In this document: positions 53,320 through 64,000 of the stretch, in pieces | Numbering within the stretch: position 1 is the first letter of the stretch | Layout of the letters: each line of letters begins with the position of its first letter | DNA from: Guillardia theta CCMP2712 | Lineage: Eukaryota > Protista > Cryptophyta | Length of the DNA: 64,000 bases | Reading direction: 5' to 3' | NCBI RefSeq assembly: GCF_000315625.1 | Contig: NW_005434622.1 | Coordinates: 463,697-527,696, forward strand | The notes under the pieces: model-generated | Database searches by the model: none | What the model saw: only the letters and a program-made list of their open reading frames with translations | What the model was told of the DNA's origin: nothing | Position numbers and translations under genes: made by a program

Positions 53320-54620
53320 ACCCCTACCCCCCTACAATCACAGTGAGTTTGAATGCAAACCAAATTCCATGGATAATGGGGTACTTTATCTAGAACATTG
53401 GGGAAGCTGATGGGGTAGTCATCTAACATACCCCACCGTGGTAGGAACAAAAGAGTACCCCACCCGTATAATGAATTGAACGCCCTTACCCGGTCCGTTA
53501 CCGGTGTCCAAACCAAGTTGGTTTTCTAGAATCTCCAATTCGTGGTACAGCAACGAATACATATTTCATACTAAATTAAAACCATATGAAGTTTACATGA
53601 CTACTGGTATTATTGGAGTTTATTTTTAGATTCATTTCAAATTGAATTTAACCCCTGACAAGGTACATGTTGAGACATGTAAGAAAAATGATCCTTTTTT
53701 TGGATACTTTGTAATGTATAAAATGATTTGTTTCTACACATTTGTATCATTTCTGTCTGTGGTATCATCTTAAAATTGATCTGCCGCTAAAAGGACTCCC
53801 TGGATAACTAATTAATTAGTCAACTCACAACCTACTAGTTGCGGTACTGATGAAGCCGCATCGGGCCGCCGCCACCGCGCCGGGTTTAGGCACCCCCCCT
53901 GTCATCCAACCAGATGGTGATGACTAGGGGTAGTAGTATTGTCGGAGGGGTCAAGAGATTGGACTCGATCAAGGGTATGCATAGATGATAAAATATATGA
54001 TTATCTTCATATGGAAAATCCACATCCCTATACCTTCCCGAAAAGAGACAGCCTGTGACATCCCAGGTGTGAGAAGTTAGCTTCATGACGGGTAGGTGGT
54101 GATGTGTAGGAGGGGTACCGGGCCAACGACAATTTGAAGGGTTGGGTCACCGAATCAAAATGTGGTCGAGGTGAGGGGTAAAGAGAGTTGTGATAAGGGG
54201 TGGGGGTCAAGTGAGTGATGGGGTTATCGCTCCAGGGGGTGAGTTGAAGTTGCAGTTGGGGGTGGGTAGGATTGTATGTCATGGTAGTGAATGTGAAAAA
54301 ATTGGGGTACTTTGATGTAGTAAGGGGGGTAGGGGGTGATACTCTAAAGCAACATCAGGGTGGGTACAGAGGATACAAGATAGGGTAGTTAGAAATTGAA
54401 TGTTAGGAATATGGGGGTACCTACGGACAGAGGCTCATGGTTGCAAGGGTAGGTAAATCAAGGGAAATATTATCCCTCCAACCATTGATAAGTTCTAAGT
54501 AGAACAATAGCAAACAATAAGGAAGGTTCAAAGATACCATAACTTTGTTTCACATGTATGTGCTTCTAAGGGGTAGTGGTGACGAAAGGGGGTGGAATTT
54601 TGATGTCAGGGGTAGGGTAA
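53320..54620. promoter_or_regulatory. Long divergent intergenic region dense in GGGTA/TACCC motifs
   Basis: Roughly 20 GGGTA/TACCC occurrences by eye, around a short GC core at about 53860-53890. Confidence 0.45.
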
Positions 54621-55091
54621 TGGAAACAGGTAGGTGGTTGCGGGAGGAAAGCGACGGAGCGACGCTTGGTGAACTGAAGAGAAGGAGCGGAGTACGGAGC
54701 AAGGAAGGGAGGAAGAGATCAGAGCGACGGAGATCCGACAAGAAGAACAGCGAGCGAGAGAGAAGGATCGACGCTCGGCGACTTTGTTGTGTCGCTCAGT
54801 CTTCAGCCAGGAGTGTCTAAACTGTACAAGTACAGAGATCAGCCCAGGGGTCAACGGCAGTGCCCTCGGTTCGCGAGCCCGAGGACATTCAAGGGGCAAG
54901 GCGGCGAGCCTGACTGGCAGGGAGGGACATAACTGGCGTACAGCACTCGTCGAGCAGTGTGCCGTATGTATTGAGACAGACTTGACTGTTTTGGTTGGGG
55001 CAGTTTATACAAGGAGAACCTTTGCCTTGTTGCCCTGCGTGCTCGAACTCCCGGTAGCTCCAGGAAAGAAGGAAGAAAAGCCGTTCTCAAG

Positions 55092-57395
55092 ATGTGCAAC
55101 GAGGTTGCCGCCTCTGGTCCATTGAAGAGGCACAAGACCAGAGGACATGACGCTTCAAGGACCAGAGACAAGTGGCGCAAGAATGCAGAGTCGAAGAGGG
55201 TGCTCGGCGAGAAGGGGATGAAATGCTTGAAGGGATTCCTAGATGAGGAGATCGCCGTGATGCCTCAGGCTGGCAATGAGAACTTGCCGTCCATCTTCGT
55301 GACACCTGCCGAGATCATTCGGTACACGCTGGCAAGCTTTGCCTCCAAAGGATGCGGGAGGCGAGGGCAGGCTGCGCCCATGTTCGCGGAGGTGTACGGA
55401 AGTGTGGCCCACAGGGTTGTCTGCACTGATGTTGAGATTGAGAACCTTCCAAATCCTCCCACTGACTTTGACGTTCGATTCTACATCCCGAAACTCTTCG
55501 GGTGCGACATGTCATGCTTCGACATCTGTAGGAACATCATTGAAGAACTCCTGGCCATGAAGCTGCGGCTGATCCTTCAGGCAGAGGACCCTTCAGCGTG
55601 CATGATAACACTTGTTCGGACAAAGTACTTCCAGAAGCAAGTTGTCGTTGGAAACAGCTTCAGCCTCCTTTCCATTGGAGACTTCAACTCTGGCAAAGCG
55701 ATCGACATTGAGTTCTGGAGGAACCTAGAGGGAGGGCGCAAGTACTTTGATGACGCGAACTCGTTTGTGATTCCTCTGAACTTGGAGCAGCTTGCGGGTG
55801 TCATGCCTGTCAATGCTTTCACTATGACAGAGTCGTTTCAGAGAGCACTCGATCTTGCTGCCGCCAAGACCCTCGTGGTCGACGAACCTCTGAATGTCCT
55901 GAACGGGTTGACTCTGTACGCGCACGCTCTTTGTCACAAGATTCTGCTCCCGGAGGATATTGCTTGTGAGGACAGCTATGGCACGCTCTTTGCGGACTCG
56001 TTCATGGACACCTGCTTCATGCTGCAGGGCAGGTTTGACGACCCATTGAGATACGTGAAGAGCTTCATTCGCTCGCACTACACCGGCGCGCCGATCTGTG
56101 CCCTGGTCACTTTGACTCAGATGATAGTGGAAATCTTCCACCATGGTTCCTCGGACTTCACGGGAAGGGCTGTCGAGCAGAACGTTGTCGTTCTGTTGTC
56201 GAACTTCTTCGCTGAGCTGCTCTACACTGTGATCTCCACCATGGAATGCAGTGTTCGATCATTGGACATGATACTAACCGTCGCCAAGTTCGTCAAGAAT
56301 CCCTCGTGTCTCAGTGAGAGCAGTGTGGAAAGGATACTGACACTTCCGGGAGAAGGTGGCAGAACGATGAGGCTGATCAAGAAGTGTGGGGAAACCGAGC
56401 AGGCAGCACAGTTTGGAGAGCAGGTTGCGGACAGGCTGAAGAGATTTGTCTCCGAGAGTATGGCTACTTGGAGAAATGTTGCCCTCCTGTCAACCTGTGA
56501 GGCCCTCGATGTAACGTTTGATTCCTCAGCAAAGGGGAAGTTGATCAGCCAGCAGGACAGAGGGTCACTCCTGCCTTTCGTCGAACTGTTGCACTGTTGT
56601 TTGCAACCTTGCGAGGAACAGCAGGAAGGCACTCAAGGCTCAGCATCGTGTACGATCGACGATCGTGGCACCGGCACGTACTGGAGCGCAGAGGGTCAGG
56701 GCTCAGGTGGGATTTCAACGGAGGTTGCAAACCAGGAAGACTTGAAGCAGTTCCTCGATTTTCTCTGCAGTGCGCTCGATGTCAGGCTTGCGGATAAGGG
56801 AGGCAACGTCTGTGAATCTCCCCAGACTGCGCAAGAGGAGGAGGAGGAGGAGGAGGAGGAGGACACGGCTTCTTCGACTCTCGACTCAGTATCCGACACT
56901 TCATGGGATGATCCAGATGCTATCTTCAGGATCATACAGCCTGAGAATGACGTGCAAGACGAGCGGGGGGGAGCCTCTGAGGTCTTAATCCACAAGGATC
57001 TCGACATATTGAACATCAAGTACATTGACGAGCTTGTGCTGGACCAGGAGCTGGAGCCTGAGCTGGTAGGTCTCAGCCGCCGCGGGGCCAAAGATCGCTC
57101 TTCAGGAAGGAACAAGCAGCGAGCTCGGACGCCGTACTTGACCTTGAGACGGCTGCTAAATCTGGTGGCGGAACGTTCGAAGAAAGATGAGTTCCCGTTG
57201 CATTCTTCAGAGGCGATGAAGCAAAACAGAGCAAGCACCAACGATGCCGGGAGCAACAGGACGCTGCTGGCTTCTTGGCAGCCTCCTTCTCCAACTCCTC
57301 TCTCCCCCCTCCGCAATTCTGTGAAGCAGTGCAAGATTTTTCCCAGCCCTCGTTTCTCTTGCTTCCTCCGCGGGAGGATCCAGCAGGCGGGCTGA
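55092..57395 (+). CDS. TENT5/FAM46-like terminal nucleotidyltransferase, single long ORF (767 aa)
   Basis: Pol-beta NTase motif VYGSVA...TDFDVRF. FAM46-order motifs YFQKQVVV, FSLLSIG, SGKAIDIEF, ANSFVIPL. Confidence 0.75.
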   Translation: MCNEVAASGPLKRHKTRGHDASRTRDKWRKNAESKRVLGEKGMKCLKGFLDEEIAVMPQAGNENLPSIFVTPAEIIRYTLASFASKGCGRRGQAAPMFAEVYGSVAHRVVCTDVEIENLPNPPTDFDVRFYIPKLFGCDMSCFDICRNIIEELLAMKLRLILQAEDPSACMITLVRTKYFQKQVVVGNSFSLLSIGDFNSGKAIDIEFWRNLEGGRKYFDDANSFVIPLNLEQLAGVMPVNAFTMTESFQRALDLAAAKTLVVDEPLNVLNGLTLYAHALCHKILLPEDIACEDSYGTLFADSFMDTCFMLQGRFDDPLRYVKSFIRSHYTGAPICALVTLTQMIVEIFHHGSSDFTGRAVEQNVVVLLSNFFAELLYTVISTMECSVRSLDMILTVAKFVKNPSCLSESSVERILTLPGEGGRTMRLIKKCGETEQAAQFGEQVADRLKRFVSESMATWRNVALLSTCEALDVTFDSSAKGKLISQQDRGSLLPFVELLHCCLQPCEEQQEGTQGSASCTIDDRGTGTYWSAEGQGSGGISTEVANQEDLKQFLDFLCSALDVRLADKGGNVCESPQTAQEEEEEEEEEDTASSTLDSVSDTSWDDPDAIFRIIQPENDVQDERGGASEVLIHKDLDILNIKYIDELVLDQELEPELVGLSRRGAKDRSSGRNKQRARTPYLTLRRLLNLVAERSKKDEFPLHSSEAMKQNRASTNDAGSNRTLLASWQPPSPTPLSPLRNSVKQCKIFPSPRFSCFLRGRIQQAG

Positions 57396-57588
57396 TCCAA
57401 GATGACCCCAGGCCTCCGAAACTAACACCCTCTTGTTTTGAATCAGTGACGCTCAAGTGATGATATTTGTACATTTACAGGAGGAACTAGATTCCAATGC
57501 AATGATATTAGATGAAAGTGTATAAAAAAAAAGGAAAGTAAAACAAACAAAAAGAAATCTTGTCGTGATTGTATTGATGAAGAACAAA

Positions 57589-58623
57589 TCAACCCTGACT
57601 AGGTACGGCCTCGACTTGATTCTTTTTCTCCTCAGCTCTTTGTTTGCGTCTCTCCTTGATCAATCTTAAGTCCTTGACGACAATTTTCTTCCCTTCCAGA
57701 TCCTGCAATCTCTTGTTCGTTGTCTCCACCACTTGCTCTTGCAGTTTCTTGTAGTAATCCACCAGGTGCTGATCATTAGCCGTCTCAGCAACCTTGATCA
57801 TCTTGGAGTAGGGAAGCCTTGTAGCAGCAGGCTTGCAAGGACGGAGCTCTCCTTCGCGGTCTATGTACTCAATCCATGCCATGTCCGCGTTGTCTCCCTT
57901 ACGAGGAGCGATGCATCGCACTATGCGTGTGTAACCGCCATGCCTCTGCGCATACCGCGGGACCAAGTCCAAGAAGAGCTTTGAGATGCTTTCTCCTGTC
58001 CTCAGAAATCCTCCAAGCTGTCGACGGGCCATTAACGTTCCCTGCTTCGCGAGCGTCACCATCCGATCCGCCACTCGCCGAAGCTGCCATGCATATCAGT
58101 AAACAGCGCATATGCCCGCCAAGGGTCAACCGCTTTAGCTCGTGCCACAGTCGTCTTGATCCTTTCATACATGATGAGATCAGTTGCCATATTTCTCAAC
58201 ATGGCCATCCTGGAAACAAGAGAACACAAAAAATCACATCTATCAGTCAGAAATCCCTTTGGACATCAAACAAAAGCTCGTCCCGTACCTCCTGTCATAT
58301 GGACGGTTCAATTTATTCTTCTTCTGCCTATGTCTCATTCCTCTCGTCTGCTCCCATGCCACCAGCCCCAACTTTGTACCCGCCATCGGCATGGGCGAGG
58401 TCCATAGGGTAGGAACAGCCATCAAACCTCTTGGAGCCATTGAATTCACAGCACCGAACGTTGACAAGCGGCTCATGGGCGATGAGAAGGAGGAGAAGTA
58501 CCTCTGACGGAGGGATGTCGAGGAGATGGTCTTAGTTTGCATGCTCTGAGCGGTACTTCTTCCTGCAAGCGACCCGAGCGCCCGCACCGCACCCGCCCTC
58601 ATTCGCTGCATTCCCACGAGCAT
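57589..58623 (-). CDS. MRPL17: Ribosomal protein bL17, probably mitochondrial (presequence; two introns)
   Basis: MRHRQKKNKLNR, MLRNMATDLIMYERIKTTVARAK, RYAQRHGGYTRI, RKGDNADMAWIEY. Arg/Ser/Ala-rich N-terminal extension. Confidence 0.92.
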
Positions 58624-58659
58624 CGCTGCTGCCAGCGGCGGATGCGCGGAATATGAGGG

Positions 58660-59090
58660 TGATGATCTGTACCGCCGCCGGCTCTGTCGGACCGTACGGG
58701 CCCGGCGGCGGGCCGGACACCGGGCCGCCGGGGGGCCGCCCGACCGCCCGGCCGGTCCCGGAGTCCGATCCGATCATCACCGGGCCGGGCCAGTCACAGC
58801 AGCAAGTTACTCAAAGTACGGTCACAGCAGCCTTAACTGAAGTGAGTAAAGTTGCACCTTAACTGATATGAGGATAAGTGGAGTCCACTGATCAGGCTCC
58901 GGGGCCGGTGACGCCGCCGCGGGGCCGGGTCCCGCGGGCCGCCGCCGCCGCGCCCGCCCCGGGCTGAGCCTCCGTCTCCGCGGGGCGCGGCGCCGCCGAG
59001 CAATCGGATGATCGGTGCCGTGGCATTCGCAAGAGTCACGCCAGTATAAAATAAGAGTAGTATAATCTCTTAATAGTTGGTTTTACTCAA
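58660..59090. promoter_or_regulatory. GC-rich island in divergent promoter region (L17 / EF-hand gene)
   Basis: Two CCGG/GGCC blocks flank GTTACTCAAAG and TGAGTAAAG; GTTTTACTCAA at about 59080. Confidence 0.55.
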
Positions 59091-59508
59091 CTGTGATCTG
59101 TACCATTTAAGGCTGACACGTTTTTAAAACGCTCTTGTAGAGTTTTACTCCAGACGTAGCCTTACGGTACCCTACCCACCTCAATCAGTTTGACACACTG
59201 TGAAAAGTCTTCATAAATTGTCTCCCAGATATCTTGAAACTTTGAAATCAAAGAGAATTATTTTCAGGATATCTGAGAATTTTTATCAAACACCCCCATT
59301 GCTTTTTCGTTCACGCAAAGATTCCAGATCTGACCTTTTTTTTTCGATGGATGGGATCCGTGCAGGGGTGATCGGGGAGGAGGGGGTAGTGTGTGGATAA
59401 ACAGGTGGGTAGTGACGCTAGAAAGCCGTGATTTCGAGATCCATAATGAGGGGTAGGGTGGGGGTGCTAGGTTGCAGGGCAGGCTACCGGTGGTCGTATT
59501 AGCTCGGC

Positions 59509-61052
59509 ATGGCTGAGGTTCGTGTTATTTCATGCTCCTTGCTGCCGCGGCCATGGATGACGATGACGATGACGATGGATGACGCATGTGCTAGCAGGTA
59601 GACTCCAAGAGGAAGCGCTTCGACCACCTGTTCGAGGAAGCAAGGCAGCTAGTACACTTTGTGAAGGAATGCTCGAGTGAGAAGTTTTTGATGCGGGACA
59701 TTGAGGTGCTGCGCGGGAGATCCGCCCGAGTGTTGATTCACAACTGACATGCTGATGGAAATCAGGACGCGGAAGCGATGCTGCAAGAGTGCCTGGAAGC
59801 CTACCACGAAGTGATAGACTCACTGGATCCCGATTCACAGAAATTGTTCCGGATCAACGTGGGCGACAAAGTAATGAAGCTGAACAAGGAGCTCACGGAT
59901 TTCGTTGCCATAAAAAAACCACCAACGCCAATAGGATTACAGCGAAGGAAATCAGCTACTGCCTTGGATATGAAAAAATGTATACCGGGCACAACTGGCA
60001 TGGCTACGGCTAACATGACTAAGGTCTCACTCGTTAGAACCATTTTGAGTCATTCATGACCTAACAACTCAGATCTCATCACGGTGCTTGGACTCCTTAC
60101 TTAAACTTCCATCAACGAAGAAGATATCAGATGATACCCTGGTGAATTGTACAACCTTTGCTGTTTGGGTCAGTGAGTTTAATCGTGCTACAGGCTTTTA
60201 ACCCCGTCGAGGTTGATGCAACGCTTGCGTCACATTGTAAACTGCTGACTTTCAGTCATTTCCCAGCTATCCCCAAGATCTCGCACGTCGTTCCTGCGCC
60301 TTCCACTTAGCCGCCTCAAGGATTTGACCGAGGAAGCATTGGTGTGTATTTCCAAGCGCCCTGTCGGGTAAAATGACTTGGTGGATAGCTTTCCAAACGC
60401 GCCGAATTGTTTCGTCAAGACACAGAGGAGGCCATGGCACTTGCGCAGAAGTGATGTTTAACCTCTTGTTGAAGTTTGATGTTGACGGCTTCGGGTTCGC
60501 AGGGCCTTGGAGGCGTCCAGCACTTGTTTAAGAGACTATTTCTCGTCGATCAAACCATCGGAGCTGTCGTCTCGCATCAAAGTGACGTTTGATGCTTATG
60601 CCAATGAGAAAGGCCTGTTAGAGCGGAAGCAAGTACAAACGGCATTCTTGGAGATGGGTAGGAGACTCAAAGAAGATGAAATTGATGTACTGATGGACGA
60701 GTTCGATGCCGATAACAATGGTGCTTACGATCTGGTGAGCTCCAAATCAACTCCTTCCAAAACTGAAACTGACGGACTTATTTGAAGCCGGAGTTCGAAC
60801 ACATGATTCGTCATTTGATCGGCACGAAATGTCCTGTAAGTTCGCTATTGTGGTGTCTGCACCTTTTTGACGGTCTGTGTTTCCCAACGAATAGGAGAAC
60901 TGCCTTGTATGCACAACGATCAAAGTAAGAAAGTCAGAATTATTTCGATCAAACTCACGTATTTCATAATCTTGCAGAAAGTGCTGGACAAAGCAGGTCA
61001 TTTTGATGCGCCGACGCTCAGTTCGGAGATGCGAAAGGTCGCTATCAAGTGA
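59509..61052 (+). CDS. EF-hand calcium-binding protein (multi-exon)
   Basis: Helical N-terminus; EDEIDVLMDEFDADNNGAYDL|PEFEHMI EF-hand; ends RKVAIK*. Confidence 0.7.
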
Positions 61053-61189
61053 GAACACACTGGAGGCCGCGACTCGTTGGGCCCTGTTTTGCAGCTTTCG
61101 TGTATCAAGAGTAGAATTGAATGAATTGGATAGACTGACCCCTAGGCGATGTCTTTGCATCTCATTTCTCAGTCCGATGATTATGCCCG

Positions 61190-61430
61190 GACGGTAATCA
61201 CTGAGTGATCGGACTCGGAGCCGCGGCCGCTAGCCGATCGCTCCGACTGAGTCCCAGCCTGGCAGCCTGAGCCTGGCCTGCCCGGCCGCGCAGGTCACTG
61301 GCGCTGATCGGCCCGGGTGCACTCAGCGGCCGCGGTCACCCCGTGTCGCCGATCGGACTCGGCCCCCGACTGCCGTGACACCGGCGGCAGGAGTCACCGG
61401 GTGTTCGGCCGTTTCCCGTAACTGTAATTT
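61190..61430. promoter_or_regulatory. GC-rich island upstream of the kinase gene
   Basis: CCGG/GCGGCCGC-rich, with CTGAGT/GACTC motifs. Confidence 0.5.
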
Positions 61431-61469
61431 GACTCGCATAACCGTCTTTCAGCGAGATTTCGGGGCGCC

Positions 61470-64000
61470 ATGGGCACCGAGAGCGGAGGAGGGTCATGGT
61501 GCGTGTACGTCTCCTTCCTCGGGGTCGCCGGGCTGGGCGAAGTGAAGGTCCCCTGCAAGGCCAAAGACAGCATCCGCCACCTGCTGATCAAGGTGAGTCA
61601 GTCCTGTCCTCCCTGCCTTCTCGCTCGTCCCTCCTCCTGAACCTTGGTTGGGCCCAGGCGAAGGAAAGGGCGAGGATGATGCTCCCTGAGAACACAGACG
61701 CGTCACTGATAGAAGCAGCGGACTCTCTGATCGAACGTTCTGGAGCCATCCTCTTCCAGGGAGACAGTGTGTCCGAGGTCTCTTCTCCCCTCTCGTTCAC
61801 TCCAGTGGGACTGAAATGCTGCAGGTGCTTTCCAACGGCGACCGAGTTACAGCGATCAGTCCTCTGATACCGAGGGATGCGGTGGAGCAGCAGATGACAG
61901 AACGAGCCAGGTCAACGAGAGGACGGAGCAAGAAGTCTTCCAGGCGCCAAAGGACTCCCAGCACCAGTCCAGAGGACTCCGGGACTTCACATTCGGGGAC
62001 TTCACGATCAAGATACCGCACCACTCATGGCACTGAAGAGTTCCTCAGAGGAACGGACAGGTGAGGAGAGGATGACAGTGCAGGCGAGCACAAACCTTCC
62101 CCCGCAGGCCAGCCACGGGGATACCAGCAGCAGGGTCGATGAACTACAAACAATGGCAGACCAAGGGGCACGACGATAGCTACGAGACGGTAACTTGCGA
62201 CGCTCGTCAGGTCTCTTGACGCTAAGATCATTGCAGTCAAGTGCGGGCTCTGAGAACTCTCCTCCTCAAGACGCGAAGCGACAATCAGTCGTGACCCGCA
62301 CGCCGGGCGATGGCTCAGTCTCCTTCAGCGTTGTCATGCCGCCGCCGTCTATCAGGATGGACGACAAGTCAAGGATGAGGGACAGCCGTCGAGACTCGTA
62401 CACCGACTCGTCCCTCATCAACACGACGCAGGAAGGTGTGAAGCACATTGACGATCTGAGACGGTCGTCGGCATGACCAGCCCTCCACCAGCTACCCCAG
62501 TGACGGCGCTGGTGCATCAGACCATCAACAACATTAGTGGCCCTCCTCTTGCTGTGAGCTGGCTTGCTTCTTTGACTGTCCTCTACCTGCGTCTGATTGT
62601 GATCCGTCGAAGATCCGTCAGCGATACAAAGAGATTCGTAGGCTCAAGGGAGGACAGAAGACGATCGTGTACCTCGGTCACGACACTGGTTGCCCATCGT
62701 TCTACCGCGAGGTTGCGAGATCTTCCTTTCCCATCTGTTGACGATGTTGATGATGATGATGACGACGATGACGACGACGAGTGATGATGATGATGTTGAT
62801 GATGTGACATTGATTATTATGATGGCGACGACTGTGGTGGTGGTTGTGACGATGATGATGATTATGAGGAGTGTGACGATGACCATGACAATGACGATGC
62901 AAAGGTCGTGGTAAAGTTGATGCCGGGCAACTCTGCTGGGGACGTGCTCTACAGGTGGGAACGGTCGTGTGGGGCCTGAGGCCTGACTCGGTCGCAAGAT
63001 GGAAGCAGGAGATGAGAACAGTTGCCAGTCTCCGGCACCCGAACATCGTCACCTACTTTGACATGGGGCAGGTCAGCCTGCCCTGACGCGACGGGACTAG
63101 GAGTTGGTGACGGTGGGACGGCAGGACAACGACGGGTCGCAGTACCTCGTGATGGAAGTCGTGCCGGGGACAGGTAGCTCTGCAGCGGAAGCCGAGTAGC
63201 TCCTCTAGCTGACACTTAGTTGCCCGTTGCCATGGCAGATTTGCAGCAGATCTTGGATACTCAGGTGAGAGAGACCTGCTGTGATCGTAGAAGTTGCTGC
63301 TTGCTGCTTGCCGGTAGGATGAAGTTGCTGACTAGCTGCCAGGGTTACCTCTCGGAGGACCAGACCATCTCCATCGTCATCGGCGTCCTCCATGCGCTCG
63401 TCACTGCACATTCAGCCGGTGAGGAGCGAGGAGGAGGATAAGGAAGGAGACGAGGAGAGGAGAGGAGAGGAGAGGAGAGGAGAAGAAATGCAGATATCTC
63501 AATTTCATCTCCAACGATCGGAGAGGAATGCTCTTTCATTCTGATCAGAGGGGATGATTGTCCTTTCACTGTTGTCTCAGGGATCGTTCATCGAGATATC
63601 AAACCATCGAACATCATCGTCGTCCTCTCAACTCTGCATATCAAGGTGAAGAGATGGAGGGGTCGAGAATGAGGGAGAGGGAAACGAGGTCGGAGGAAGA
63701 GGAGAGTGGAGGAGGGAGAAGGTGAGGAAGGTGCAGGTGACAAGGAGGGGGGGGGGGGGCAGTGATCATGAAGGAGGAGGAGACGAAGGAGTGGTGGTGG
63801 TGGTGGTGGTGGTGGTGGTGGTTAGTGGAAGAGGAGGAGGAGGAGGAGGAGGGGGAAGAGGAGGAGGAGGCGATTTTACGGGGAGCTGACGAGGGAGCGA
63901 TCAGCTCATCGACTTCGGTCTAGCAAAGCAGATGGATAACGCGTCTCTCATCAGTCGAATCTACACGCCCATGTACTTCAGCCTGGCATAACGATGCCAG
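61470..64000 (+). CDS. Ser/Thr protein kinase with N-terminal ubiquitin-fold (Par3/HAL-N-like) domain; probably 3' truncated
   Basis: N-terminus WCVYVSF..VKVPC..IRHLL..GAILFQGDSVSE|VLSNGDRV. Kinase motifs VVVKLM, LRHPNIVTYFD, YLVMEVVPG, GIVHRDIKPSNI, LIDFGLAK. Confidence 0.85.
62744..62900. repeat. Intronic (GAT/GAC)n low-complexity tract
   Basis: Lies between the kinase exons YLGHDT and VVVKLM. Confidence 0.85.
63421..63870. repeat. Purine-rich (GAGAG, GGA, GGT) simple repeats in kinase introns
   Basis: Directly visible; they flank the HRDIKPSN exon. Confidence 0.8.

Noticed and set aside
53320-54620. Interstitial telomere repeats or LTR
   Set aside because: The motifs are scattered rather than tandem, and I saw no terminal repeats, TSDs or transposase/RT coding.

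Overview
This is eukaryotic nuclear DNA, not prokaryotic. It is gene-dense, with short (~45-70 nt) GT-AG and GC-AG introns and one 100-N gap. The style and gene content (EsV-1-7 repeats, signal-bearing versions of cytosolic/nuclear proteins) suggest a cryptophyte alga of the Guillardia/Hanusia type; that assignment is inference. I reconstructed about 21 genes by hand across introns. They include a >11.5 kb single-exon filamin-repeat ORF that the ORF track misses because it runs off the left edge, BOP1, a SAM+FKBP protein, an SHLD2-like OB-fold protein, a C2 protein, PTAR1, AAGAB with an inserted TPR module, a signal peptide peptidase, an ER-lumen HDEF protein, an LRR protein, a 2OG-Fe(II) oxygenase-like protein, p31comet, DBP10/DDX54, a MORN/EF-hand/C2 protein, an EsV-1-7+AP2 protein, a spliced microprotein, a TENT5/FAM46-like nucleotidyltransferase, mitochondrial L17, an EF-hand protein and a Ser/Thr kinase. 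The most interesting signal is a set of nuclear/cytosolic-type proteins with signal peptides, two followed by a ubiquitin-tail-like (R/K)GG motif; these are candidates for periplastid/nucleomorph import, and one is an AP2 transcription factor. Two recurrent upstream motif classes also stand out: GC islands with TGACTCA/TTACTCA, and GGGGTA/TACCCC clusters. All family calls come from motif recognition by eye, and exon boundaries are unverified.
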